Assembly (NCBI GenBank): GCA_002189035.1
Contig: NEEC01000017.1
Location: forward strand, 682,001-746,000
Length of the DNA: 64,000 nucleotides
From: Utricularia gibba
Taxonomy: Eukaryota > Plantae > Magnoliophyta
Direction of reading: 5' to 3'
Shown in pieces: positions 1 to 12,778 of the stretch. The notes under the pieces are model-generated. The model had not been told where the DNA came from. It worked only from the letters and a program-made list of their open reading frames with translations, and did not search any database. The first letter of the stretch is position 1. Each line of letters begins with the position of its first letter. The position numbers and the translations under genes are program-made.

Positions 1-1288
1 CTCAACAGCGCTCTTAAACTTGTGTGGTGCTTCTCCAAGCACTTGGGCATCCCATCCCCGCTTTACAATATCCCAATCATTCTGGAAAATGAAGACCATC
101 AGTATATGCATAACCAACTGAGAATGGATTTCAGCAGGACGACCCAGCCCAGTTATCCCAAGTAACATAACTATATATACAAAGAGGACGTACTTCATAT
201 CTGTCCATAGTCACATACATACGCCCACCACCAGAGGCAATGCGCGCATCTATGCCTTTTTCACGCAGTGCTGCGAGATCATTCTCTAGGGTTTCAACAA
301 AGCCTACGCTTGATCCATCCAAGACATCACGTCCATCCGTAAGAATGTGTACCCTGATCCTTTTAGCACCATTGGCACTAGCACCTTTAAGTAACAACTG
401 AAGCAAGTAATAAGAAGTGAATAAGTAACAAAAGGTATAAAGAGGAAAAAATCACTGGTCCTCAATGATTGAGCAGCAGAATAGGTCATCAAGTAAAAGT
501 TTAAAACCTGTATCTGATCGAGTCTAGAGTGAACACCTCCATCACTTAACAAGCCAATGAGATGCAATGTTCCAGTTTCAAAGCTTTCCTTTATGTACTT
601 GAAACCTTCGCCTTCAAAAAGTTTACCGGTTTCTAGAGCAATATCAACAAGCTTTGCACTGTAGTACAAACATGGATAAGAAAACAAGTTAACGCATCAT
701 ACTTCAGAGAGGATATATCTTTTGCGTGTCATATGCATCAGCAAGTCACTGAGTCAGCAAAATGATGGCAAAAGAGAACCCCCACCAAGCGTTCCAATGG
801 AATCACAGAAATGTAAGTTCCAATTTAAAGATTTAGCCCTTTAACTAATAAACCAGTGGAACGAATCACACAAACAAATAATTTAATTATTTTTTAAAAG
901 GACATAAACAAAGCTCACCCTTGGGCATAAATCCTGCCTGCACCAAGGGCATTGTGACCGACCTCACTGTTGCCCATATCATCATCCGTGGGCAACCCAA
1001 CGGCCTTACCATGAGCCTTCACCAGTCTCCATGTCTCAGGAGCACCCTTATCATTTCCCCAACAAATATTCAGTAAATTTACATTTTCAATGGTATTAAA
1101 AAAAATTCAACGAAAGCAAAGATTACATTTTTAAGCGAATCCATGGTAGGTGTTTGAGCTACATGGATGCAATTGTACTGATCGGGTGTAGCCTCCCCCC
1201 AACCATCCAAAACAACCAATGCTATCACCTTCCCCTTGGGGAGTTTAGGATGATCCTCCAATTTCCATGCGACTCCAGCGGTACCCAT
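1..1288 (-). CDS. iPGAM: 2,3-bisphosphoglycerate-independent phosphoglycerate mutase (iPGAM), 5' part; gene runs off the left edge
   Basis: Exons 1288-1127, 1046-919, 658-508, 397-194 and 81-<1 join with GT-AG introns. They give [46 protein letters not shown] and [14 protein letters not shown], which are hallmark iPGAM motifs. Confidence 0.96.
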
Positions 1289-3722
1289 CTCAATCTACCG
1301 TCAAACCCGATACACGAATCGTCAGTAATCCAAACGCAATCAGCAGCATATTCAGCAATCCTGAATCTCATAAAGAACACTAACCCACCGTAAACAATCG
1401 GCGACGGCGCAGCTGAGAAGAACCTGGAAATTGACCAACAATTGCGCCTACCAGACGCAGATGATATTACTGCTGGCCGTTGGGCGTGGGGTGTGACCAG
1501 TGACCACAGAATTAATTAAAAAAAACAATAAATTAATTATCCAATGGCACTTCCGTGTACAAAACCAATATCACGTGTTTAATTCCCATTTTGTTTAAAA
1601 TATTGTATTTAATTTACATTAATATAATTGATTCCCATTATTTAATGTAACATTCATATTAATCTTCAAAATTCGAAATTAATTTCAAATATTTTTTAAT
1701 TCATACATAAATGATTCCCATAATTTGAATTTTAAATATAATTTATCTTCATTTTTTAAAAACCGAATCTGTCAGGTTTCTATTGTTTTAGTATATAAAA
1801 AATTGAGATTTAAATTAAAGTAATATTATGTATATTATTTTTCAAATGATCAAATTGATGATCATATTCAAATTCTAATTTTTCAAAATGGTCATCCCAT
1901 ATTGATGCAAAGGTGATTTATGGTTTTCACTACATATAATAGATACTATATATAAGTTTTGTGTGTTCGAATTCAAGATATGTTTCTTATGTTCTTAAAT
2001 TAAACCATATCTTCGTATATTATTTGTTTCCTACATAATATCTTTTAAATTATAATAATTCATACTTCCAACAACATGCTGTTTCAAAGTTTATTCCAAA
2101 ACCATTGCATCGAATCATGAAAGACTAGTGGTACGATGAACCCTTGGTTGGTGTGATGTATGTATAGGGCCGTTGAGCTTCTTCAAATATTTGGGTCCGG
2201 TGAACTAATTTGTACTGGACTATGGGCCCAGCCCAAGAAGCATCTATTTTCTTCTTTTAAAAAATAAATAATATATATAATAATAATATTATTATATAAA
2301 TAGTTCAATTTTTGGTATAATGTTTTTTTTATTTTCTATATTAATCTAGTCTTTAGAGAATATTCTAGCACTAAGTAATTCGATAAAAGAATATGCCCAC
2401 GATACATCATCTCGAGACAAAACCTTGAACATGTGTTGTTTGCTTTAGGATCAATCAAACATCCAAAAAAATGTGAAAATACGAGAAAATAAGAAAAAAA
2501 TTCAATCCATACAAATATTGAATAAAAATAATATTTATTCTTTAATTAATAGAGACTTGAAAATAACGAAAACAACATGAATAGTACTATGATATTATTA
2601 AGGTTGATTTTTTTGTGATAAAGAGATTTATCATTTTGTTATAAAGAGCGTCGAATATTATTAAAATTGGGCATACGCATATTTTTTTATTAATGCATAT
2701 GTTATATCTTTGATCAAAAATTTTAATTTATTCATTATAGTAACTTATTTTTGAAAAAAAAATAATAGATTTGTAATTTATGTTGACCTTGATAAATTTA
2801 ATTCTTTTTTTCTTTGGGCATCCAATTGTATAATTCAATTCATTTCTCTATGATTTCGATTTCTTTTTTTCTTTTTTTTGTAATTTCGATTTATTTTAAT
2901 TTAATAAATGTTATGATATACACTGTATTGGAATTATATTTTATATTTTATTAATTTTAATTTAATAATATGATTAAAAAAGGGGGTAAAAAGAAGAGAT
3001 AAAAATTGAAATCTGTATTTATCACCCTCGGTAGCTGTAGCGTGAACCATTTCTGAATCGCAGATACTTCACCCAACACATTTACCTTCGGATTTTGCAT
3101 TCTGCTGCCGCTGCTGAAGAGGAATTCGGGAATTTGGTTTCTATACTTTTCTTTGGAACGATTTCCGATTTCTTTGTATTTGAATGCTTGAGTTGTGATT
3201 GATGACTCGGTGGTTTGGGTTCCGGATAGTGATTTTCTGTTTGTGGACTACTGGAAATCGAGCGTGGGATCGTTTGGATTACTAACCCCTCATTTAAGAT
3301 TTCTCCTGTTTTGACTGAATCTAGTAGGTTCTAAGGCGTATGTTTTTAAGTTGTGCGCATGTACCAATTGCTGCTTGATCAGCTTCTTATTTTGATGGGG
3401 ATTCGTTGAACAAATCAGTTTCTCGAAAGTTTGGGGTTTCTGGCTTTGTTTGCATGAGAATCCTTTTGTGCATCATGTGGTTTTCGCTTGCTAGAAAAGC
3501 TCCTGGTATGTAGGTTACCCTCTTTCGGATGGGTGGAAATTAGCTTTTTTTTACATTCTGTGCACTGTATTTCTCATTTTAAAAAAATCTTTTGTGTTGT
3601 TCACCTAATTTACATGGTTTTCTTGGTTCGCTGCAGATTGGTATTTTAGATTCGTCATTATTTAATATAACCCTGTCGTAGCACTTCCGAGATATCAATA
3701 TATGGGCTGAAGCGTGCTGTTC

Positions 3723-6456
3723 ATGGGAGGTGTAGAGGATGATGAACCACCCTCAAAACGTGTGAAAGTATCACAGACCATACCGCAGGGCAGCTCATTG
3801 ATTGACTCGATGGCTCGGTTGCTAGCCTCCCAGGAGGCTGATGAGGTTCTTGGCTCAAAAGGTGTTATAAAGAAAGGTGAACTTGTACGCATTATAGTGG
3901 ACGCATTGTATTCTCTTGGCTATTCCAAGTCTGCAGCTCTACTTGAGGAAGAGTCGGGAATACCTTTGCACTTCTCTCCCGTAGGCTCGTTCATGCAACA
4001 AATACTTGATGGTAAATGGGATGAGAGTGTTGCAACACTGCATGAGTTCGGCCTCATGGATGATGAAATCGTCAAAATGGTTTCGTTTGCTATTTTTAAA
4101 CAGAAATTCTTGGAACTTTTAGATGATAAAAGAATCATGGATGCTTTGAATACCCTAAGGCATGAGATCATCCCCCTCTGTGTTAATAGTGACAGAGTTC
4201 GGGAGCTGTCATATTCCATTTTATCTCAATCCGATAACATCAATGAAGGAATTTCCCTGGAGACAAGGCTGAAATCTCGTAAAAAGTTACTTGACGAGAT
4301 TCAGAAGTTACTTCCTCCAACAGTGATAATTCCAGAAAATCGATTGGTTCATCTGGTTGAACAGGCTCTGGGCTTGCAAAAGGATGCTTGTAGGTTCCAC
4401 AACTCCTCAATTGGTGAAATGTCATTGCTCACTGATCATCAGTGTGGTAGAGATCATATTCCTAGCCAGACATTGCAGGTAGTGCATTTTATTTCAACAA
4501 CCACAAGGTGCTTCTGATTTCATGGATTTCTCTACATTCCATGTCATGAATTCTCGTCTATCACATGTTTGTTTCCAAATCCTCCCTTCAGATATTTTTG
4601 AGATCATTTTAGTTCTCTTTTAAGCCTCTACGACAGTGGTTATAGGGTTTGAGGCTTTTCTTGTGCCATAAATGGTATTCAGGCGCTTCAATAACCGTTC
4701 GCCTGGAATTGATGTCTTGATCATGAATAGTTGCTTTGTTGTTGATTATGTATGGCACTTATTATGTCTAAAATCCCTATGACTACACTGTCTGTGTTTT
4801 TGGTTGATGTAATCATGTTTCTGTGATCGTGATGTTTTCAGATTCTACACGATCACAATGATGAAGTCTGGTTTTTGCAATTTTCTCACAATGGGAAGTA
4901 CTTGGCTTCATCATCTGGAGACTGCCTTGTGATCATATGGGAGGTATCGCTTTTTTGTTTTTCCGATCATGTTATGCATTAAAAATTGAAGTATATTTCA
5001 TATGCGTCTGCCAACATTTGTTACTTTTCTTTTGAAACATTGCGAGAAAGCCCAGAAATGTATCCTATTTTGAAGAGTGGTATATTCAAAATGTCTCGTA
5101 CTTTTGGTTAGAAAATGCTGAAATATGAACATTGTTATTGAAAAAGGTTTTTTATGATTCTGATTTTTCACTGAGTGCAGCTCAAGCATATTCTGAACCT
5201 TCGTTGATTTCATTATGCATCATGTACTGTCTCATAGTGTGCCGCCCTGACTGTTTTTCTGTTTTTCAGCTTATGGTTGATGGTCGACTGTGCATGAAAC
5301 ATAGATTATCCGGTCACCTGAAGCCTGTCTCTTATATTTCATGGAGCCCAGATGATCTTCAGATTCTTACATGTGGGGAAGAAGAGATGGTGAGGCGATG
5401 GGATATTGTTTCTGGCGAATGCCTCCAGGCATATGAGAAAAATGGTCTTGGTTTTGTCTCTTGTGGATGGGCTTCGAATGGAAAGAATGTTTTTACTGGT
5501 GTTACTGATAAGAGCATCTGCATGTGGGACTTGGAAGGAAAAGAGGTGGATTGTTGGAAAGGGCCGAGGACCATTAGGATTGCAGACATGGGAATTGCTA
5601 ATAATGGAAAAGATCTAGTAACAGTGTCTAAGGAGAACACGATATCATTGTTTGCATGGCAAACGAACTATGAGAAAATCATTGAAGAAGATGAAACAAT
5701 AACTTCATTTGCACTCTCGGAGGATGGAAAGCTTTTGCTTGTCAGCCTGTTGAACGAGGAACTTCATCTCTGGAATATAGATGGTTGTGCCAAGCTAATA
5801 TCAAAATACAGAGGTCATAAGCGCTCTCGCTTTGTTGTTCGATCTTGTTTTGGTGGTCTAGATCAATCATTTATTGCCAGCGGGAGTGAGGACTCTCAGG
5901 TCATCTTTTCATTTTTGTATTATGAAACAGTGATTTTTTTTTGTTTTTTGCCATCTCCCTTTGATTTCCACTTCTTTTGGTTCTTTCATTCATAATTGCT
6001 TGAAGTTGTCCAGTAAATGAATCTTGGTAATATACAACAGTTAATTTTTAATGCTGCATGGTTGAGCACCACCAGTACCTACAAGGTTGGTGTTCACCAA
6101 GCTATTCTATGAGCTGACATTTTGAAACTTTGCTAACTGAAGGTCTTATAGCCACTTTGCCATGTTTTGTGTGAGCATATTCACGTACTCGATGTCATCT
6201 TGTTGGCTTTATTCCAATGTGTTTTGAATGCAATGTCTAGGTTTACATATGGCATCGACTCTCCGGGGAGCTGATTTTGAAACTTGCCGGGCATTCTGGG
6301 GCTGTTAACTGCGTAAGCTGGAATCCAGCCAACCCTCACATGCTGGCTTCTGCAAGTGATGACCGCACGATACGCATATGGGGATTGAGCCGCGCAAGTA
6401 ATTCCAATGGCAATGCAAGTCATAGCAATGGCATCCTCGGCAATGGTAACACCTGA
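3723..6456 (+). CDS. WD40-repeat protein 26 / GID7 homolog (LisH-CTLH plus WD40; CTLH E3 ligase complex)
   Basis: Exons 3723-4478, 4842-4943, 5270-5899 and 6241-6456 are in frame with GT-AG sites. N-terminus [13 protein letters not shown], LisH ([15 protein letters not shown]), CTLH, and WD repeats ([39 protein letters not shown]). Confidence 0.92.
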
Positions 6457-6980
6457 AACTCAGCAAGGTCTCCCACCACGATTCTCTGGAAATCATGCTC
6501 TCTCCTTCCCTCCCTGTAAATTATCTTTTATTTGTGGAGTAGTAGTATTCATGGGAAGCAAGAACGTGAACTTGTGTATGCTTTCATAACAAACAATTCA
6601 TGCTGCTGCCTTCCCAGTCACACGGTAAATGCCCATCCATTTCTTTCCACAATGCCTAGCAGCTGCACTTCATGCTTGTGTGTTCCATTGTTGCCGGGTT
6701 CAAGCTAGAAATAGAAAGTATGCCGATCCATCTGCATGTCTGGTTTTTTTCACATTGTGTTTTTCCTGGCGAGAAGCAAGAGCCATACCAGATGAAGCCA
6801 TGGATGGACAGGAATGTTCAACTGTTTCCTAGGGATCACCTCACCTTAAGATGGTGTTATAAAGCACCGGAGGGGGCATTCAACTTGCGTATTGTAATTC
6901 TCGCGTTTGATGTATATTTTCTGGTACGCGGTGTGGAATACCGAAATACCAACCTTGTCTTCTTCCTCTTTGGTCCACCC

Positions 6981-8431
6981 ATGGATGCAAGTGCATTCTC
7001 CGAGTCCAGGAATGGAGATCTAGTTCAAGATCCCTTGCCCAACGCCTGTTTCAGGTTCCTGCTGACTGCGACTTTGATTCTGATTCTGAATGCCCATGTG
7101 GGAGATGCCTTCGCCGCTTCCGATCGCAGCCCGATTTCACAATTCATCGGCGTTGCCGATATCGAAGCCCAGGTACACGCCGGAGTCGGCGTCAGAACCG
7201 CGAATGTGTCCGAATGCGCCGCCGATGGGCCCATCGATTGTCGTGACCCCGAAATTTCGACATTGTTGATGAGGGCTGCGATGAGCAAGTTCAAAGATGT
7301 GCATTTTTCCAAGTTCGGGAAGGCGGTTCCCGGAGATAACGATACTTCTTGCCACATGGCTTGGCGCTTCAGACCCAAAAAGGGGAAGGGGGAAGTTGAA
7401 GACCCTAATGCGCTATACAAAGATTACAGAAGCTTTGTCGTCGTGAAGCATGAGAACTGCTCCGTGACGGTTCTCAGCATTGGGGATTATCACTCCGGCG
7501 GAAATGCTAGAAAGCGTAGGAATAAAGAGGATGCGCGGGAAGCCGTGGATGAGCTTCTTCCGGTTGTGGAAACGGAGGAATCGTTTGTTGGTGGTAAGTA
7601 TTTGGTTTACTTCGGAGGTGGGGATAGATGCAAGAGCATGAATCAGTATCTGTGGAGTTTTTCATGTATGCTTGGTGAAGCGCAGTATCTGAATAGGACT
7701 CTGGTTATGGATGTCTCTGTTTGCTTATCCAAAATGTATACTTCCTCTAGAGTAGACGAGGAAGGCAAAGATTTCAGGTACTACTTCGATTTCCAACACT
7801 TGAAGCACTTGATGCCGGTGCTAGATCAAAACCAGTTTTGGATGGAATGGGGGAGATGGCAGGAGAAACATGGACTCACTCTCCATCTTGTAGAGGATTT
7901 TAGGGAGTCACCATTGAAGCTGGCTGAGATTAACCACACTTTGATTATGAGGAAGTTTGGGTCTGTAGAGCCGGACAATTACTGGTACCAAGTTTGTGAA
8001 GAAGAAACAGGATCTGTAATTGAAAGGCCGTGGCATATGCTGAAGAGGTCGAGGAGGTTGAAGGAAATTGCCTCAGCTATTGCAGGAAGAATGGGATTCG
8101 ATTTCGATGCCCTTCATGTGAAGAGAGGGAGCAACCTCAATCTCGTGCTCTGGTTGATGCTCTGGGAGACAAAGTTGAACAAGGAAGGACACTTTACATA
8201 GCTGCAAATCACCAAGATCTGTCCTTGTTTGGTCCTCTCAAAGAAATATACTCACTCCACTTTCTCGATGAATTCAAAGATTTGTGGGACTCTAAAAGTG
8301 ATTGGTCTTATGAAACGAAGAAGCTCAACCATGGGATTGCAGTGGAATTTGATGGCTACATGCGAGACTCTGTTGACAGAGAACTGTTCATGTTGGGAAA
8401 AAAGCAGATTGAGTCTGGACAAGCAACGTAG
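6981..8431 (+). CDS. Divergent SUB1/At2g04280/At4g12700-family type II membrane protein (O-fucosyltransferase-like fold), frameshifted at about 8128; possibly a pseudogene
   Basis: Intronless. TM segment, then IDCRDP, AWRFRP, YKDYR, YHSGGNARKR, CKSMNQYLWSF, GKDFRYYFDF and DNYWY. The C-terminal part (GRTLYIA, EFDGYM, GKKQIE) lies in another frame (ORF 8030-8431). Confidence 0.8.
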
Positions 8432-8891
8432 ATGGATCTTGGAGGTGTTGGTGTTTGATACATGATTCTCCATGACGGCAAGCATTTGTACAGGAGATAC
8501 TACTCAATGTGATGTTTCTGTTCTTGTACATTTGGTAGACAGCATTCCCTAGGTAGTTAACCTCTACATTCATCTCCCTCCTCATGAATGCAGCGTTCTT
8601 CATTCACCCAGGACATTAAAATCGCACCCCAATGCGGGAGCTTAGTGGTTGAATCCATATCTTTCAGTTTGTGGGTTACAGTTGCGATTCTAAGCAACTG
8701 GAGGAGAGAATGCAAGCTCAGGAAAGGAAAAATGCAAAGCTTTATGCATACAGACATAGTGATAGCTTCCTCCAGCAACAGATCTACCGTATCCCAGTCG
8801 AAGGCGTGTGTGTGTATATATGTATAGGAGAATGGAGTACAGTCCACACTCAACTCTTCTCTCACAGTCGAAGCCCTCAACACTTGGTAAC

Positions 8892-10452
8892 TTAGCTGCT
8901 CCGAGTTTCCTCCAATGGATCGAAATCATATGCATCCCCAGCCTTGACAAAGCGTCCCTTGACGCGCCTCCTTACATCTGCCATTGCTTTGCGAGATGCA
9001 TATCTTACTTTCTTCTCAAATCTGCACAGCATCAAGTGGAAGGTCTCAGAAAGTTATAGAACCGTGCACCATCTTAGCTTAGTGAAGTTGGAGAGCAACT
9101 TGATACCCCACCCCTATAAGGTGAAAGGATCTTACTTTCTAGCTTTCTTCTTCTCCTTGTAGCGCATGACAGCATCAGTCCTGCTGGAGGAGGGCATGGA
9201 ATTTTCATGGGTTGGGGGAAGCCATTGCGGCGCACCCACGGCTGGCATTGAGGACACTCCACAGTCATGGTGATCTCCACCAGTGATGCCAGAAAAGGAG
9301 ATGCTTGAATGCTGTCTTCCTAAAAATAAGTTGGGTTCTGTTTTACAGCTGATGATTGAATCAGCAGATGCTGCTGTGCTGCATTCTGGCCGCAGCCGCA
9401 TCCCGCCTTCAGAAGAAACCTAAGCAGAAGAACCAGGCTTGTTATCTCATCTTTGGCCACTGAGTTTCCATATGAAGGCAAGTGTAATGAGGACTAGAAA
9501 CAGCAAAACTATACCTCGGCTGCAGGAGTGACATCCTGACAATTGAACCCAGACATGTACTTTGGACCAAAGAGTCCATCAATATCATCATCATTGAAAA
9601 ACTCTTCAGGATTATTCAGCGCTGTATCAAGAAATGCATCATAGTTTTCAATGCTTGCGTCAACCTCATCCATATTAAAATCATCACAGAAACCAGATAA
9701 CTCCTTTTCTCCTGATGTAAATGCCTGCAGGACAAGAGCTTCACCATAAACTCTTTGCACAGATCAGTGAATCAAATGTAGCCAAGCATGCATTAGCTCA
9801 AATACAGTAATGTTGTCAAAACAGGGGTGGGAAAAAAGAAAGAAGCTTCATTTCATTGTTCAAAAAAACTAAATAGCTGCTGAGGCATCAAACATCAGAG
9901 TACCTTGGGGGTAATAGAGCTGTAAGAAGCAAGGTTATCCACATTGTCCAACCAAAAAGATGCACTATCCATATCATTGAGTGAAGTACCGGGTTCCACA
10001 AAGTTGGAAGCATTTTCAGGTTTATCATTTCCTTGAGACTCTTGGAGATCGCTGGGCTTGTCACCATTGCTCGTTGATCCCATGCCATTCTCACAAACAG
10101 AATCTCCAACAGAACGAAGATCTACTAGAAAGGACACCATTGCAGAAGGTTCTGAAACTGAGGGGCAGCCAGAATAGCACCGTATAGCCTCCCTCTTATG
10201 TGAAGATGTTTTACCAGAGCCCGCATGCACCAACCAATCACAATTTTGGCAGAGAGACATACTTTCATCAAAGCACCTTAAAAAAGCAGGCTGTGAACTG
10301 CATCTTCCGCAAATCAGTGTTCTTGAGTGGCGTTTTGACAAAGCATTGGCAGAATGAACATTGTGGTCGCAGGACAAACATAAGCTAGCCATGTCTGACC
10401 GGCAGTAAACAACTGATACTCCCTCCCCACAAAATTCACAGAGGTATCCCAT
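8892..10452 (-). CDS. CONSTANS-like zinc-finger protein, COL9/COL10 (BBX7/8) type, two B-boxes plus CCT
   Basis: Exons 10452-9904, 9724-9515, 9419-9136 and 9021-8892. B-boxes CEFC..CRSD..LCLSCD..VHSAN and CGRC..C..CQNCD; CCT domain [35 protein letters not shown]. Confidence 0.93.
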
Positions 10453-11619
10453 GAATTCAAGTGCCCGAGGGATGCTTCCCCAGCAAATCAAACGGAGAGG
10501 CTAACGGTGATCTTACTGTACAAAATGCGATGTTACTTTTGCAGTACTAGAGCTGAATATGATTAGATAACATTGCATCCATATCATCACCAACGAAAGT
10601 GCAAGTAAAACATCGCATATACGAGTAAAGGCATCCATGGAACCTGCTGCATCATTCAATATCGAAGTAAAGAGCTACCAAAAACAGAAGAAACAAAGAG
10701 AATGGCAAAAATGGAGATTGGGAACTTTCCAGTCAGAACTAAAATACCAGAAAACGCGTTTGAGGTATTTTATTTCCCTTGCCATCCCCTGACATAAATA
10801 CAGGAAATTTCAAGAACTGGTTTTTTATAGCTAGTTGGCTACGTATCACCAATTCCAATACATCACGATAAGAAAACCGAAGCTGTCAGGGGCAGCCCAC
10901 CGAAAAGGATAAGTCCGGGGCAGAACCCCACCCAGAAAATTTTCATAAAATTCACCCCAAAACTCCAACTTCAGCTAATCGGATGCAGGATAGATAGCGT
11001 CCTATTCGTATTAAGAACACGGGAAGGGGAAGGATATGACCTGATTCAGAATACAGCAGGTACTACAGGGAGAAGAAAAGGGCATGAGAAGCTAGCTCAT
11101 CGCCTTCCGTGTTCAGCTGGGGTGGATGATGGACAACCCAAGCATCTGGTGGCGTTTGCAGATGAGATTTGGTGCACCGGTGTCAGTGTTTCGTTAAGCT
11201 TTTTCGAGAAAGGCAAGAGAAATCACCCCACTCATTAGCGGTTGAAATGCCCACCTGGACTTGAACTGTTAGTTATTTTGCAAAGAGCGACGCTGACCTG
11301 GCTCTTCATTCCTCACTTTTTGCCAAGTGATCGGACTCCGGCCCGTCGGAATTCGGCTCAGGCCGATATTAATTCAACCCCATTTAAGTAGGATTTAATT
11401 CTCATCAAAATACGAATTTGACGTCATAATTAACTGTATTTATTAAATGAGTTTTGATCTTTTTTGTATTTATTTTATTAATTAAAATAGAATATATTTC
11501 ATTCCAAATAAATGAAACTTTTTATCCGAATTTCACATCTGCAGTTTGCCGACTCAACGAGATGCATGGATCGCATTTGCATCGCAGGGCGGAGGAAGGG
11601 CCCGGCGCTGCTCGCTCAT

Positions 11620-12158
11620 TCATCGGACAGGGACCTTGATCCAGCCATTCGCGAAAGCGATCGCTAGAATGACGAAGGGAGTCGACATCCCGAAGATTAT
11701 GATGTAAGGAAGCGGGGTCTTCATCGGATTCTCCCCCTCCCGCTCACCCGCCGTTTGCCAGTACCTGCATCGCATGGTTTCACACACATCTGGGAGGAGG
11801 ATCGGAGCGAATGAACCCTAGAAACTCAAGAGAATAGTAGCGAGTGTTTTACTGTTGGGGCTCCTCCTCCTTGGTGATGAACTTCCTCTTCTTTTTCCCA
11901 GATCTGCTGAGCTCCCCCAGGTCTCCTCCCCCTTCCCCTACAACAGGGGTCAGTATTTATCTTGGAGCCAGGGCAGAAAGAAAGGGAATAATTGCAGACA
12001 AGCAAACCTAAATTCGCTGATACTGCGAAATGCCTTTTGGTAGCGCCAATAGGAGGAAATGACGCGACATCGATGGCCGCTGTTGGCCGTGGCGGTTTCT
12101 TGAAAACAGAACAGGCGAAGGCCCCAGTCGCTGATGCTGCTGCTGCTGCTGATGCCAT
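11620..12158 (-). CDS. Small uncharacterised plastid-targeted single-pass membrane protein
   Basis: Exons 12158-12008, 11937-11853 and 11764-11620 splice in frame. Ala/Ser-rich transit-peptide-like N-terminus; C-terminus YWQTAGEREGENPMKTPLPYIIIFGMSTPFVILAIAFANGWIKVPVR with a hydrophobic helix. Confidence 0.85.
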
Positions 12159-12778
12159 GAGAATGAGATGAAATTTGTCGCCGGAGGAAGAAGATGATGT
12201 TATTGGCTCCCAGCCGCCGACGCCTTATCCGTAGATTGATTGCAGGATGGAATTGCTGCCCTCTCGATTTCCTCTTGATTTTGCACTTTTTTATATCAAT
12301 AATATTTATTTGTTATATTTAGAAGGATAAACATTATGTAGTTATGCATTCTTTCGATTTAAGATATTACTTTTTTCATTTCTATTTAGGATATATTGGG
12401 TAAAAAAATATAAATATAAATTATGATATTATTTTATAAATTATTAATTTTATTGAGTTTTCTTTTTATAGTTTAATTAAGAAAATTATAATATTTAATT
12501 TTTTTACATATTTTAAGAATATATTTATATTACTATATTAATTTTAGAATTATTTAATTTAATAAATTGAATTTTATAACATAATTTTATAAAAAAAAAA
12601 TAATTGTAATATAAATAGTCCCTCATTGTTCATGATTTTGAGTTTTTGAATAACCAAGAAGCACATTTGGTTGTTTTCAGGAGTCGCTCCGCCGCTGCCC
12701 CGCGCCCTCTGACAATCACTCTCCTGCGCGGGAAAAGTCCGAGAACCGTTAGGCGGCAGCCTCCTTAATCACCGGTAG

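Noticed and set aside
6672-6980. N-terminal 100 aa of the 509-aa ORF (MLVCSIV..FGPP)
   Set aside because: No similarity to the family and no recognisable motif; family homology and the TM segment start after ATG 6981. Probably a chance open frame in the leader or intergenic DNA.
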